This document shows positions 44,181 through 58,200 of a DNA stretch of 64,000 bases, piece after piece. Source of the stretch: Azolla caroliniana (taxonomy: Eukaryota > Plantae > Polypodiophyta); assembly GCA_043228905.1 (NCBI GenBank), contig JBHGNT010000005.1:5084001-5148000 (forward strand), written 5' to 3'. Made by a program: the position numbers and the translations under genes. Under the pieces are notes generated by a model. That model made no database searches. It saw only the letters and a program-made list of their open reading frames with translations, and had not been told where the DNA came from. Numbering within the stretch: position 1 is the stretch's first letter; the number at the start of each line of letters is the position of its first letter.

Positions 44181-45569
44181 GGAAAAGAATTTTTCTCAGA
44201 CGAATTTACAGCCTATCTCCGAAAGGAAGGAATTCGATGAGAATTTACCTACCGACACACACCTTAGCAAAACGGAGTTACCAAACGTAAGAATCGGCAC
44301 ATACTAGAGGTAGCCATGGCAATGATGAATGAAAAGAACTTGCCGAAATCATATTAGGCAGAAGCAGCAAACACAATCGTCTACCTCATGAATCAATGCA
44401 CAACATTGGGAGCGCACGATATCACAACCCATGAGAAGTTCTTTGGAAAGGAGCCAGATTTATCCCATGTCAGGATATTCGACTCAATTGCTTATGTACA
44501 TATTCTCGTCAGAAAACAACAGAAGCTCAATCCTAAGTCGTAAAAATGTATCCTCGTAGGGTACTCACTCAAACAAAAGGGGTACAAATGTTATAATCCA
44601 CCTACTTGGAAAGTTCAAGTGAATCGGGATGTTGTTTTCGACAAGTCAGCCTCATGGTACGAACCAGAGCCAACTCCACCCGAACCAAACCTGACTCCAC
44701 CCGAACCGATCTCAAGCGGTCAGGAGATAGAAGAGGACAATCATCTGAGGCATATGTTTGAAGAAAGTCTAACTACGACTAGGCTAAGTGCCTCCGAGCG
44801 ATTGAAACACATCTCGAACGAGTCCGAAGATGGATAAGGGGAGGCCAAAATGCCGGAATATGAAGATTCGGATGACATCAAATCGGCTCACTCACTCGAT
44901 AGTGAGTTCGAAGGCCTTGATGCTCTGATTATCTAGACGAATAGAGTAAAGAAAGCCATAGCCACTGCGAATGAGAAACTCTATCGCTCCACCCGAGAGA
45001 AGAACCCAGTTAGTCGATTCGCCTACGATGACTACATGGCATATCACTATGCCTTTTATCAGATGAAGGTGGCAACGGTCCGAGAACCAAAAACATTTTC
45101 CGAAATAGTCAAGGATCCACGATGGGTCAAATCCATGAACGAGGAAATGCAAGCACTATGCATGAACAAGACATGGGATCTCGTCCCCCACTCCCCACAC
45201 AAGAAAGTGATTGGCTGCAGGTGGATCTACTAAATAAAATACAATGTCGACTCGATAAACCGCTACAAGGCATGCCTCATAGCAAAAGGCTATGCTCAAA
45301 TGTACGGAGTCAATTACGAGGAGACCTTTGCCCTAGTGGCAAAGATGACGATTGTTTGGATAGTCATTGCACTCGCAGCTCGGCTAAAGGGTGTACCTCC
45401 ATCAAATGAACGTGAAGAACGCCTTCCTTCAAGGTGAATTAGAAGAGGAGGTGTTCATGATTCAACCACCTAGTTTCGAATCGACCAACCATCCGACTGT
45501 AGTTTGCTGACTCAAGAAGCCATTGTGTTGACTCAAGCAAGCATCGTGTGCTTGGCATTTGAAGATCAT

Positions 45570-46030
45570 TGTTGGCCGGTTAGGCCAAAGTATGAAAAGG
45601 GAGCCGGTTTTGGGATAAAGGGAGTTGTAACTAGAATTAATTATTATAATTATAAGATCGGACAGACAGACCCGGAATCGGTATGCCGATCCAGATCCGG
45701 AGCGGTTCGTAGCCAATTGCCGGTTGGCACTGGTTTGTAACACAACCGGATACCTATAAAAGGATCCAGATATGATGTAACTAGGGACGGATAATTAAAA
45801 GAGAAGTGTTGTTATTTTCATATCTTGTTTATCCTATCATTTCCATTTTGTGCTTAATGATGTTGATCCTACGTGTGTAACTAATCGATCCGGATAACAA
45901 TCGGAGAGGATCGGTTCTGTGTTACGGTCTTCCCATTCCTTACCGTACCACCCCTTTGGTGAAGTGTTACGGAAGGACACCCTATGTTAGTGGCTTGTCC
46001 AACCCAGGATTAACGTAGTTTTGATTAACA
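45570..46030 (+). mobile_element. Solo LTR (461 bp) inserted in the Copia-3 RT
   Basis: TGTT...AACA termini, TSD ATCAT/ATCAC, TATAAAA at ~45755; the RT frame (KI|TQYL) resumes after it. Confidence 0.88.
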
Positions 46031-48268
46031 ATCACTCAATATCTTCACCAAATCGACTTCCGAATGTCAAGATCAGACAACCCCCTCTATTGAAGAAGTG
46101 AGTCTAACATCCCGATCGTCATCATCCTTTATTTGGATGATCTGGTTATCGGAGGAGAGAATCTAGCTGACATCAACAAGGTCAAATCACTTTTGTCCGG
46201 TAGATTTGAAATGAAAGACATGAAGGAGATCCATTACCTTCTCGATATAGAAGTAATTCGGACACCAGTCGGGATCATGATCTCCCAACAACACTACATT
46301 CTCAACTTGTTGTACAAGTTTGGGAAGACAAAGTGAAAACCTGTGTCATCCCTTCTTGATTGAAACCTCAAGCTCGATGTTGACTCTCGAATAGAAGGGT
46401 GTGAGCCAACTCAGTATCATCAGTTGATCAGTGCTTGATCTATCTCACCATCACTTGACCCGACCTCAGTTATTCAGTCGGTCTACTTAGCCACTTCATG
46501 CAGAAACCTTAGGATATTCATATGGATTGCGTTAAGAGAGTACTTAACTACGTGAGTGGGACGATGGATTACGGCATCATGTATAAGCCGAACACGATCG
46601 TTCGACTTGAAGGGTACATATATGCAAACTGGGTTGGCTACAAGGCTGACAAACGATCGACCTCGGGGTTTATCTTCTCCCTCGGTAGCAAAGCTATCTC
46701 TTGGAGCAGCAAAAACCAAATGACAGTCGCACTGCACAGAAATTGAATATAGGGGCTCTTCCATCACCACATGTGAAGTTGTATGGCTTAAATGAATATT
46801 GAAGGATTTGGGCGTTCCCATCAAGAATCTGATTCTCCTTTACTGTGACAACATGAGTAGTATTCATTTGGCTCGGAACCTAGTATTCCATGTGCGCACG
46901 AAGCATATCGAAGTGCACTACTACTTCATTCGAGAGCGCGTAGAGGCTGGAGATGTCGACCTGCAACATATCAACCCAAACCTTTAGGTAGCCAACATCT
47001 TCACAAAGGCCTTAGAAGTCAACAAGCTTAGGCAATTCATGATGAACCTTGGCCTAACAATTGCTGCATTGCCGAACTTGAGGGGGAGTACACCATCGAC
47101 GAGTACAACGTAGCAACCGATCAATCGATCGTAGCAGCCGATGCCGACCAAGGGGAGTTAAATCCCGAAGCCAAACAAGCTAGGCTAATCAAACAAGGAG
47201 CACGAAGCAATTGAATGAAGGAGAACAAACTCCAAACAGAGGAATCTAGAAAGCCGAAACGAACCAAACAACTAGACGACTTTCCGGCGACTGGAAGTTT
47301 TGTTTGAAGGGTTGTGTTGAGAATCAAACCCAACTTCCCCAATGCAATGGCTGTCACACTAGCAATGGACACACTAAGTACATGCTAGTTTTGTAAATAG
47401 TAGAAAGGCAGTTGCCCTAAGTTAGTTGGTATTTAAACCAACCCCTTTGTAACTAAGTTATTGTTGGATGTAATTTTATCTCTTGCTAATATAGCTTCTT
47501 GCTCTCTGTCTCTCTAAGCTCTCTCTCTCTCTCTCTGTATGTCTTACACACGCACACAATTCCTTCCGCTGCACAAAATCACCTACACTTCCCATTTCTT
47601 TACAAAACTACATAAGTTCTTTTCGATTCTAATTGTCTATAGTTCATGGCAAATCTAGAGAATCGGTGATGATTCTGTGCAGTGAAAGAACTGTGTGTGT
47701 GTGTGTGTGTGTATGTGTGGAGAGAGAGAGAGGGAGTTACAGAAAGCCAGAAAACTATATTAACAAGAAGACAAGAATAATCAACCACGTACAAAGAGAA
47801 GGAGAAGGTGCTTATGTAGTCACCTTCTCTCTAAGTTCTCTTACTAGTACCACCTCTTGGGAAAGAAGTTGTGCCTTACTTCAAACACAACTTCCGGTCG
47901 TCAGATGGTTGGTTCAGACTGGTCTTCGGGTCGGCTTTGAGTCGACTCCGACTTCGATTCGTTTGGATAACCGGTTCACTCCTGCTCCTTACTCCCCCTC
48001 AAGCTTGACTAGTCAACGGTCGAAAGACCTAGGTTTGTCGTGAACTACCGCAACTTATCGAATCCCAGGGCCTTGGTGAAGATGTCGGTCATTTGCAGGT
48101 TTGTGTTGATGTGTTGCAGGTCAACATCCCCGACCAGAACACGCTCTCGGATGAAGTGATAGTGCAATTCGATGTGCTTAATCCGAGCATGGAGGGTTGG
48201 GTTCCAAGCAAAGTAAATATTGCTCATGTTGTTGCAATAGAGGAGAATCGGATCCTTGATGGGAACGT

Positions 48269-48326
48269 TGTCGCGTTGTTACGCGCGTACGTGTAGAAAG
48301 GGGCGGGACCACGGGGGTCTTGGACC

Positions 48327-48357
<31 letters not shown>

Positions 48358-51300
48358 TTCTCCGGCATGTAGGAGAGGGAAAGAGGGAAACAGAACGCAA
48401 CACTTAATTATAATGACAGAGATTACAAACTCCGACGGTTACAACCGACAAAGCGGCGACGGGCCCGACACGGGGACCCTACTCACGCACACCGACGACA
48501 ATCACCGACTCAAGGAAAACAAAGGGAAAGGGGAGCGACTCTACTGGAAACGCACGGGTTGTCCACGAAGCAGAGGCAGCGCACTCCCACAGGTGGCAAC
48601 GGACCCACAAAGAACGACGGCTCCCGTCGTAGAGAGAGAGCTCGACTTCCCTTCTGCAACAGCGCTTCCTTTCCTCCCACGTGCGCGATCCCCTCTTTTC
48701 TTTCTCCTCTTTTCTTTTTATCCCTTGTCCCCCCCATTGGGATACGCACAATCCCCCTCTAATAAATGTGTGTGGCTTAGTAGTCACATCCATCGGTTCG
48801 CGTACCAAGTATCCAATCACGCGTCCATCCGTGTAGGGGCCGGTTTACGCACTTTCTCTCCGATTCCGCCTATGGCCGGTTTTCTTCACGACATTCACCC
48901 CCACCAAATCGCGCATCCACCGGTATGCGCCAGAGACGGGTAGATATCGAAGAAACCGGGCCTCACTCGTTGCTCTCAGTTTCTCCGCCGGACCCGAACT
49001 GATCGTTGTTGTCGCTCCCGCTCACAGGCTCCGACTCGTCTTCAAACCGCTTTCTGAAAGCTTTGATCCGCTTTCCGGCCACCGGCACCGCTAATCGTGT
49101 CCCGTCGAGCTCCGCGAGGTGGTACGTGTCGTTGCCGTTCGCGCTCGTCACCATGTAGGGCCCGAACCATCTCCTAGCAAACTTTCGCACCGCCTTGTGC
49201 TGATTGTCGAGGCTGCTGTCGTATACCAAGACCTAGTCGCCTTCCTCGATCTTCTTTGGTCGCAACCGGTGCGTACGGTTGAACCGGGTCTTGTTACGCT
49301 CCCTCGCCGCTCGCAGCTTTTCCTTCGCCTGTATCACGTCCTCCGGCCTCCGCTCGAGTTGCCGAATCCGCGTCGCCAACAACTCCTCCCGGCTCATTTC
49401 GTCCTTCCAATCTACCGCCGCCCACGAAGAAACTGTCCGTTCCACCGGCATGATCGGCTTTTGTCCGTACATTAGCTCCGCCGGCATAAACCCTGTCATT
49501 GAACTGTGCGTAGTCCGGTCCCCCCATAGCGCGTAAGGAAGGAGTTGCGGCCAATTCCCGACCTGCCCACCGCATGCACGCACCAACGCCTTTACAATCG
49601 GTCCGTGCCCACGTTCCACCTTTCCGTTCGCCTCCGGATTGTACGCCGTGGTGAGGGAGAGTTTGACGCCCAACCGGTCGAACAGCTCCTCGGCCTCACG
49701 CGCATCCAGCTCTCCCCGGTCCGCCACGATCCTCCCAACGTACCCGTACCAACACACTACTTCTTCGATCAGGAACCGGCATACCGCTGCAGTTGTCTTG
49801 CTTTGCAGTGCACGGCCTTCCACCTGGTTCGTTAAGTCTTCACGTGCCAGCACCAAGTATCGTTTCTGTCCTACCCCCATCGGCATCGTCACCAAGTCCA
49901 CCATCCACTTGAAATGGACCGTAGGCGGGTAGGTCGGGTGTAGCTCGTCCCGGTGTCGGACTACGGAGTGCATCTGACAACTCTCGCAAGTCGTTACGAA
50001 CCGATGCACGTCTTGGTACAACCCCGGCCACCAGTACTTCTCCTTCAGCTTCTCGAAAGTGGCTCACGTTCCGCGATGTCCGGCCTAGGGGCTCTCGTGA
50101 AATGCCGTCAGTAATTTCCCCTGTTCTTCTTTCTTTGCCACTACTCGGAGTGGAATGCCGGTTCTCTTCTTTGGGTGCCTCCATATGCACCCGTCCCGCA
50201 GGAAGAATTGGCACGCCTTCCTCCGTATCCGGCTCGCCTCCTCTCTCGCCCATGCTGCGTCCGGCGTCATCGTCCATAGGAACCTCCCGATTTGGAGCCA
50301 TTCCCCGTTGTACCTGCTTTTGTCAAATTCGTTAAGCGTCGGAGTGTTCCCTTTCCTCGTCGTTACGTTAGCCGACCCAAAGAAGTCCTCGCCGACTTCT
50401 TCGTCTTCCGAAACCATGCCGTCTTCGTTGTTGAACCTTGCCCTCGAAAGCATGTTGGCCATGGCGTTGTCCTTTCCAGAGATGTGCCGTATCTCCGGGT
50501 TCAGGGACTTAATGTACGCGATCCACCTGAGCATCGCCAGGTCCGGAGTCGCGCATCCGGAGACCATACCCAAAATTGGTAGGCAGTCCGTCTCGATGAT
50601 CACTTCTGTCCCGATCAAATAGTCCTTGTCGACCTTGACTGCCGAAACGATACCCCATAGCTCGCGCTTGACTTGGGCGTATCCTCGCTGCCGCTCGCTC
50701 AATACCTTCGCCCCGAACCGGATCGGGAATCGTGCGCCGCCCTTGTCCTCCTGACTGATTACCCACCCGATCCCGGTCGGGCTGGTGTCCACCGTTACGC
50801 AGATGGGAACATCCTTGCCGTAAACCGCTTTACGGAGAGCCGGCGCTGCTGTAAGCGCCTCCTTTAGTCTCCGAACCGACTCCGCGTGCTCCGTCCTCCA
50901 CTCGAAGCTACGCCCCTTTTTCAATAGTCCGTAGAGGGGTTCCGCGACATGTGCGTAGTGTGGGATCCAAATGTGGTAGAACGCGCATGCCCCTAAGAAT
51001 CTGCGGACCTCCGTGACCGACCCGCAAACGTTCCTCATCGCGGAGATGGCCTCTACCTTTCCCGGAGACGGTTTCCTACCGTAAGGCCCGCACAGGTGTC
51101 TGACCACCAAGATCTCCGACTGTCCGAAGGTCGACTTTTCCCCGGAGAAGGTGAGCCTCGTGCGCTCTAGTCTCTGCAGCACCTTCTCGCAGTCATCGAT
51201 GTGGGACGCAACGAAATTCCGACATCCGTCCGGCTTGATTGCCTCGTCCCTTTTTTCCACCGGGCATCCCTTGATGGGGATGTCGTCTAAGAACGGCATG

Positions 51301-54300
51301 GTGATGTCCGAGATACAATCCCTGAGCACTTTGTTCATCGTGTTCACCATGTGAGCCACTGAGTTCGTCCCTCCTTGTGGCAGGGTACACATCCGCACCA
51401 GGCCGAGAGGAGTCCGTATCGTCGTAATGTCTCTGCTCTCCACAGCTAGTTGGAAATGATCGTACCCCGAGTATAGATCGACCTTCCAGCGAAGGCCTCC
51501 GCGAACTCGTCTATGGTCGGTCCGATCCCTGCGTTACGGATGGTCACCTTGTTGACCGGTTGTAGGTCCTAGATGAAGCGCAGCGTGCCGTTCTTCTTCG
51601 GCACCGTAAACCACCGATTCGAATACGGGGCACTCGACGGTTCGAGGATGCCCATCTCCACCCTTTGCTTTAGGAGCTCCATCAACTTCGGGATGTGAGC
51701 TCTCAGCACCGGAATCGGCTTGAGATTCCACGGTACATGCGGTACCGTGAAGATCACCATCGGTTCGACAACTGTCGGGTCTATGCACCCGATCTCCTCC
51801 GGTGAGAATGCGAAAGCCTTCCCGTGCCTCCCGAGCATTCTCCGAAACCGGTCCTCCTCCGCCGGCAGTAGGAAGCCGCCCCCACCGACCTTGAGCTCCC
51901 GTAACGTTATGTCGGTGAACCGGTGCCCTATGCCAGCCGGATTTCGTAAACTTGGGTCCGACGCGACCCCCTTTATCCGCTCCTCGCTGCCCTCCGCCAA
52001 GGGTGCTGCGACTGGCCTCACCTTCCAGTCCACAATCTTGTATTTCGTATCCACGCGGGCCGTTCGATCCGACCCGATCCTTTCCCCGAAGTCTGCGATG
52101 ACTTCGTACATTCTTATCGACCCCACCGGAACGGTCCGGTCTTCTCTAAGGTCTTCACCGATCACCTTTCGTAGTTCACCCAAGGTGTTGTCAAAAGAGA
52201 CCGCCTCCACGACGCCAATGATGCCCTCGTTGGGGAAGAGGACTCTGCATCCCCTGAGCCGCTCCTCCGCTCGCTTCCTCTCCCTACCGCTGACGCTGGT
52301 TATAGTACAACCTCCGTTGTCGGAGAACCAAAATTTCCTACCTATGGTACAGGTCTTCTTCCGTACTATACATTTGTGGGGTTCTTCCCGGGTGTCCGGA
52401 CTATCGCGGTCCCACGCCTTGACAGCCCTCTCTAAAAATCCCCTCGGGTTTCGCTGTCGAGGGCCTCGCGGTTACGCTCGTGGTTTGGTCGCACCGTTAG
52501 GAACTAGACCGAGTGACGCCGGTCCTGGCTCTTGACTCTTGCATAGGTTGAACCGTTGTCCAACACCTTGGTCTCCATCCGTGCCGCCGTGATATATGGT
52601 TCTCCCAGTATAACCGGATGCGAGGACGTCTCCTGCACGAAGAAGTGTTGGTCAATCTCGACATTGCCGATTTTCACCCGTACGTTCGGACAGGCCCCAT
52701 GTAGTTCTTCCATGGCGCGCGTCGCTGCCCATATCTTCCAGCCATGCTTGGTGTTGATCGGCCATTTACCCTTCTTGTAGAAATCCATGGACATCAGGTT
52801 AATTTCGGATCCATGGTCTACCAACGCCACCACCAGTTCCATAACATTACCGATCCATACAGGGGTTTTCGTGGTCGCCCTGGCCCAATGCGGCTTCGTG
52901 TAGTGGCTTCCCGCCAGCTCATCTTCCAAGGCTCCATCTTCCAGGTGCGTGGTCCGCACTTCCGCCGGCTTCTCCGGTTCCGGCTCCGTCGAGAGCCTCT
53001 TCCGCTTCACCAAGTCTACGATAGAGTCGTGGAACTCCCTCTTGGCGATCCCCAACACCTCCCGCAACGACAACTCCACTTTACTGTCGAGGATTCGCTC
53101 TTCAAGGACCTTCCGTAGGTCCGTTGCTCTCTCGATTTCGGTGCTCAACCGAAACCCCGCCGGCTTCTTCCCATCCGGCACGCCTGGGTTGCTGGCACCG
53201 GTCGGTTTCGGCCCGAACCGGGTCTCATACCTCGGGGGCCCAACCCCTCCGGCCTTTCCTGCCCGTTTGTCCTCCACCAGAACCTCGTAGTTCTGGCAAG
53301 TGGCTTCTACGAAGCCCGTTTTCTCTTCCACCGGATCATCCCAACCGGTGACCTCCTAGACCTGTTGTTCCGCGCGGTCCGCCTCTTCCTTCTTTAGCCA
53401 AACTCCGGAGAGGCCTTCTAGCACTAGCAGCCAGAATCCGGAGTCCTTCGCCTTCTGGGTCTCATCACCCCCGACCCGAATTCCCACTGACACTGAGTAG
53501 TTAACGGCTTCGACGTGCCGTGCCACAGCCTCTTCCATCAACCTCTTCATTCCGCCGCGCCCCGTATTCAGTTCCAGGGCTCTCCGGGTCTCACTCGCGT
53601 GCCCCCGCCCGTTTCAGAGGTACACCACGTTGGTCCTGAGCGCGTCGGCGAAATCTGCGCAGTCCTTCCGAATGTGACCAATCGCGTCACACCACATGCA
53701 CCGCTGCCCAGCTGGAGTCTCCGGTCGCGAGGTTGTTCACCGCTGTCTCTTCGGGCCTGTGCGATCTGCAGGTCGCGCACCATCTGTGTTAGCTCCTCTA
53801 GAGCCGCTCCTCCGGATGGGCCTCTGACCTCGTTGTTCGATGCCGACCCCGACTCCGGCCAGATTCGGGTCTCTTCCTTCCTCCCAGCCGGCACCGAAAC
53901 CGGCTCCTCGAGCCTCCTCCCCGGGACCGGCCCCGACCCCGACGCGCTTCCGTCGCTCCAATCGCATCGTTTGTCGAAACGACTGCAGACCCGTTTTACC
54001 ATGGCCCAATCTGTCGTGAGCCCTTCGTCTGTTTCCAGTAGGGGACCCACCTTTTCCCTGTCGAGCGCATCCACCGTCTTGACAAATAGCAGCACTCGAC
54101 TCGTTTCGAGCACCGTCCGGTCCAGCATCAATAGCCGCGCGAACCGTTTTTCGAACTCCTGGAGGAGCACTGACGTGTTCCTCCCTTTTCCGGGGCTTTC
54201 CACCCACGCCATGAAGTCCCGCCTCGACAGCCGGAGCGAGTTGTCAAACCCGTACTTCTCGAGAAGCTGCAGCTCGAACTCCTCCCAAGTCTGGCATCCG

Positions 54301-54670
54301 GCCAGCACCTCGAGCACCTCCGCATGGATGCCCGGCGTCACCACCCGAGGGAATCCGGACAGCCGCCTGTCCACCAGGATATCCCTCATGATCATTTCGG
54401 CCCGGTAAGCCTCCAAATAACTTGTGGCGTCTTTCCCTTCGAAACGGCCTATAGAGCCGACGATCGATTCAATGGCTCTGTCGAGGGTACCCGTTCCCTC
54501 ATGAGTGCTCACCAGCCGGTCGACGGCCACTGCCATTGCCTCTGCTAGCTCTGATCCCCTCATCTTTCGACTCCTTTGCCGCCCTGTTCACGTCGGGTTC
54601 ACCAAATATGTCGCGTTGTTACGCGCATACATGTAGAAAGGGGCGGGACCACGGGGGTCTTGGACCGAGG

Positions 54671-54719
<49 letters not shown>

Positions 54720-55253
54720 CTCCGGCACGTAGGAAAGAGAAAGAGGGAAACAGAACGCAACACTTAATTATAATGACAGAGATTACAAACTCCGACGGTT
54801 ACAACCGACAAAGCGGCGACGGGCCCGACACGGGGACCCTACTCACGCACACCGACGACAGTCACCGACTCAAGGAAAACAAAGGGAAAGGGGAGCGACT
54901 CTACTGGAAGCGCACGGGTTGTCCACGAAGCAGAGGTAGCGCACTCCCACAGGTGGCAACGGACCCACAAAGAACGACGGCTCCCGTCGTAGAGAGAGAG
55001 CTTGACTTCCCTTCTGCAACAACACTTCCTTTCCTCCCACGCGCGCGATCCCCTCTTTTCTTTCTCCTCTTTTCTTTTTATCCCCTGTCCCCCCCATTGG
55101 GATACGCACAATCCCCCTCTAATAAATGCGTGTGGCTTAGTAGTCACATCCATCGGTTCGCGTACCAAGTATCCAATCACGCGTCCATCCGTGTAGGGGC
55201 CGGTTTACGCACTTTCTCTCCGATTCCGCCTATGGCCGGTTTTCTTCACGACA
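48269..55253 (-). mobile_element. Ty3/gypsy element C (full length, several stops and frameshifts)
   Basis: LTRs 48269-48893 and 54609-55253, PBS 54587-54604, PPT GGTGGGGGTGAA, 4-bp TSD ACGT/ACGC. Confidence 0.96.
52376..52441 (-). promoter_or_regulatory. Putative -1 frameshift signal, Gypsy-C
   Basis: GGAUUUU-UAGAGA-GGGCUGUC...GAUAGUCC; GUGGG/CCCAC. Confidence 0.78.
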
Positions 55254-58200
55254 ACGCCCAGATCCTTCAAGATTTTCTTGAGCCAAATGGCTTCACATGC
55301 AACTACGACCGCACGCCTGTATTCAGTTTCAGTGCTTGATAGTGCGATAGTCGGCTACTTTTTGCTGCTCTAGGAGATGGCTCCGCTGTCGAGGGAGAAG
55401 ATGAACCTTGAGGTTGATCGTCTGTTGCCTGTGTAGTCGGCCTAGTCGACATCTGTGTACCCTTCAAGTTGTATCGGTGTGGCCGATTTGTAGAAGATGT
55501 TGAAATCCATGGTTCCACTCACATACCTTAGCACTCGCTTAGCACATTTGAGATGGATGTCTCACGGTGTTTGCATGAACTAGCTAAGGAGGCCGACTAG
55601 GTAACCCAGGTCGGGTCGGGTAATTGGGAGATAGATGAGGCTTCTGACTAGTTGACGATAGAGCGTCGGCTCACACTCTCTAGTGCCTAAGTCGGCATCT
55701 AGCTTCAGATTTTGATCGTGAGGGGTAGAGACGGGCTTACACTGTGTCATCCCAAACTTGTAGAGAAGATTTAGGATATAGTGCCTTTGAGAAAGCATGA
55801 TGCCGTCAGTAGTCCGAATTACTTCTATTCCTAGAAAGTAATGAAGCTCCTTCACATCTTTCATTTCGAAACGGCTAGAGAGGAGCTTTTTGTTGTGCTC
55901 AATGTCTACTAAATGCTCTCCTCCTTTGACCAAGTCATCCACATCAATGATAATAAATACCTATCCTTTAGAGTCACTCCGGATGAATAGAGAGTTGTCG
56001 GACTTGGACATGTGGAAGCCAATTTGATGAAGATATTGTGTTATCTTCAAATGTCATGCTCTCTGTGCCTGCTTGAGACCATGAAGAGGCTTTTTGAGTC
56101 GGCAAACGGAAGTTGGATGCGTAGTCGACTCGAATCCAGTTGGTTGTATCATGTACACCTCTTCTTCGAACTCGCCTTGGAGGTGCCACCCTTTTGTTGC
56201 TGCAAGCGCGATCATGGTTCAAATTGTAGTCATCTTTGCCACCAGGGCAAAGGTCTCTTCGTAGTCGACACCGTGCATCTGCGAATAGCCTTTTGCCACA
56301 AGTTGGGCCTTGTACCGATTGACAGTGTCGTCGGTGTTGTGCTTTACTTTGAAGATCCACCAACATCCACTACCTTTTGGTGGTGTGAGGAAGGGATGAG
56401 ATCCCATGTCTCATTCTTGGAGAGTGCTTGCACCTCCTCATTCATCGCTTCAACCCATCTAGGGTCCTTTATCCGGTTCTCAAACTGTCGCCACCTTCAT
56501 CATGAATACATAATGATATGCCACATAGTCGTTGTAGCCGAATCGGCTGACTATGTTCTTCTCTCGAGTGAAGCGACATGGTTCTCTTGGTGTCCTCATA
56601 ATGGGCACATCCAGTTCACAATTTTCACTATCGGAGGCATTTTAGCCTTTCCTTTGTCTTGTTTCAGACTCGACCGTGACATGCTTTGGTCGCTTAGAGG
56701 TTCTCGTGGTCTTCTCAACCTGGTTGAGATTGGACTTTCTTCTGATGTGGGCCTCGGTTGATCCTCCTCCTCTGCATCTATGTCAAACTCGGTTTCAACT
56801 GTGTCGGATGGGGTTGATTCAACTGTATTCTAGGATGTCGACTCATCGAATACGACACTCATACCTTCTTGGTGGAAGGGTTGAATCACTTATACCCTTT
56901 TTGCTCGAGTGAGTACCCTACGAGTATATATTTCTCCGACTTGGGATCGAGCTTCTACCGCTTCTCATTGGGAATATGTACATATGCTATTGAACCAAAT
57001 ATCCTTACATGGGATAGATCCAGTTTCTTCCCATAGAACTTTTCGCAGGGGGTAACATCGTGCAACGATTCATCAGATATACGACAGTAGTCACCGCTTC
57101 AGCCTAATATGACTTTGGTAGATGTTTCTCGTTCATCATTGCCCTTGCCACCTCAAGTATGTGCCAATTCTTGCGTTCGACTACTCCATTCTACTGAGGT
57201 GTGTGTCAGTAGGTAAACTCCCATCGAATTCCTTCTTGTCGAAGGTATGTTGTAAAGGCGTCAGAAAAATACTCCTTGTCGCCGTCTGATCGAAGGCATT
57301 AGACATGCCGACCGGTTGCCTTTTCGACTTCGTTTTTGAACTTTTTGAAGTGTCTGGACACTTCACTCTTTTGCCGCATATAGTAGATCCATGTATGTCT
57401 GGAGAAGTCGTCGATGAACGTTACGTAGTACCGGAAACCACTGAATGTTGTCGTCTGGGTTGGTCCCCATACATCTGAATGTATTACATCCAGGATCCCG
57501 TTGCTTACGTTCTTCTCCTTTGGGAACGGTTGACAATGTTGTTTGCCGAATTGTCAAGCTTCGCACATGCTTGCAATTTCCTTTTGGGCAAAAGTCGGGA
57601 GTCCGATGACGACTCATTTCAACTGCATTCCCTTGAGCTTTTGGAGGTTGATGTGGCTTATCCTCTTGTGCCACAACTCTATGTTGGTGTTGGCTCTCTA
57701 ACCCTTGGCATACATTGTCGAGTTCATCTCGTGAGAGTCGAGGATGAACATCCGACATTCTCTCCGACTGTGAGCGATGAGTCAGCCTTCTTTTTCGATG
57801 AAGCATCCTTCATCGTTGAAGCGGACTTGCATTCCTTGTTCGACTATCTGGCCAACTGAGACCAAGTTCTTTGTCATTGTAGGAACTTGCAGAATGTTCT
57901 TGATATAGGTTTTGTTACCTTCTTCCCCAAATGGGACATTGTCGACATGCTGAATGGGGTGAATTGTGTCATCCCCAGTTCCACATAGTCGGGTCGTTTG
58001 GGCTTTCATAACTCCTTGAACCAATCCTCGTGGGATGTCATGTGGTTGGATGCACCCGAATCGATAAACCATACATCTTCTAATTTGGAGGTGGTGGTCG
58101 GGTTGGAGACTGTCATTGAGTGCGCTCTTTGCCTCATCACAAACATTCTACCACGATTGTCGTAGTCGGAGTTGGAGGCGTAGTTTGTGAGTTGTCGGCT

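Larger units (their letters stand above)
26132..47604 (+). mobile_element. Degenerate Ty1/copia (Copia-3) expanded to 21.5 kb by nested insertions
   Basis: LTRs 26132-26401 and 47315-47604, PBS TGGTATCAGAG at 26402, TSD AAACT/AAACT; gag-PR at 26.5-27.4 kb, IN-RT-RH at 43.9-47.1 kb. Confidence 0.93.

Noticed and set aside
48320-48943. 207-aa and 267-aa ORFs in the Gypsy-C LTRs
   Set aside because: Antisense to the element, run through a variable (GA)n tract, contain no recognisable domain, and are not shared with the A or B LTRs
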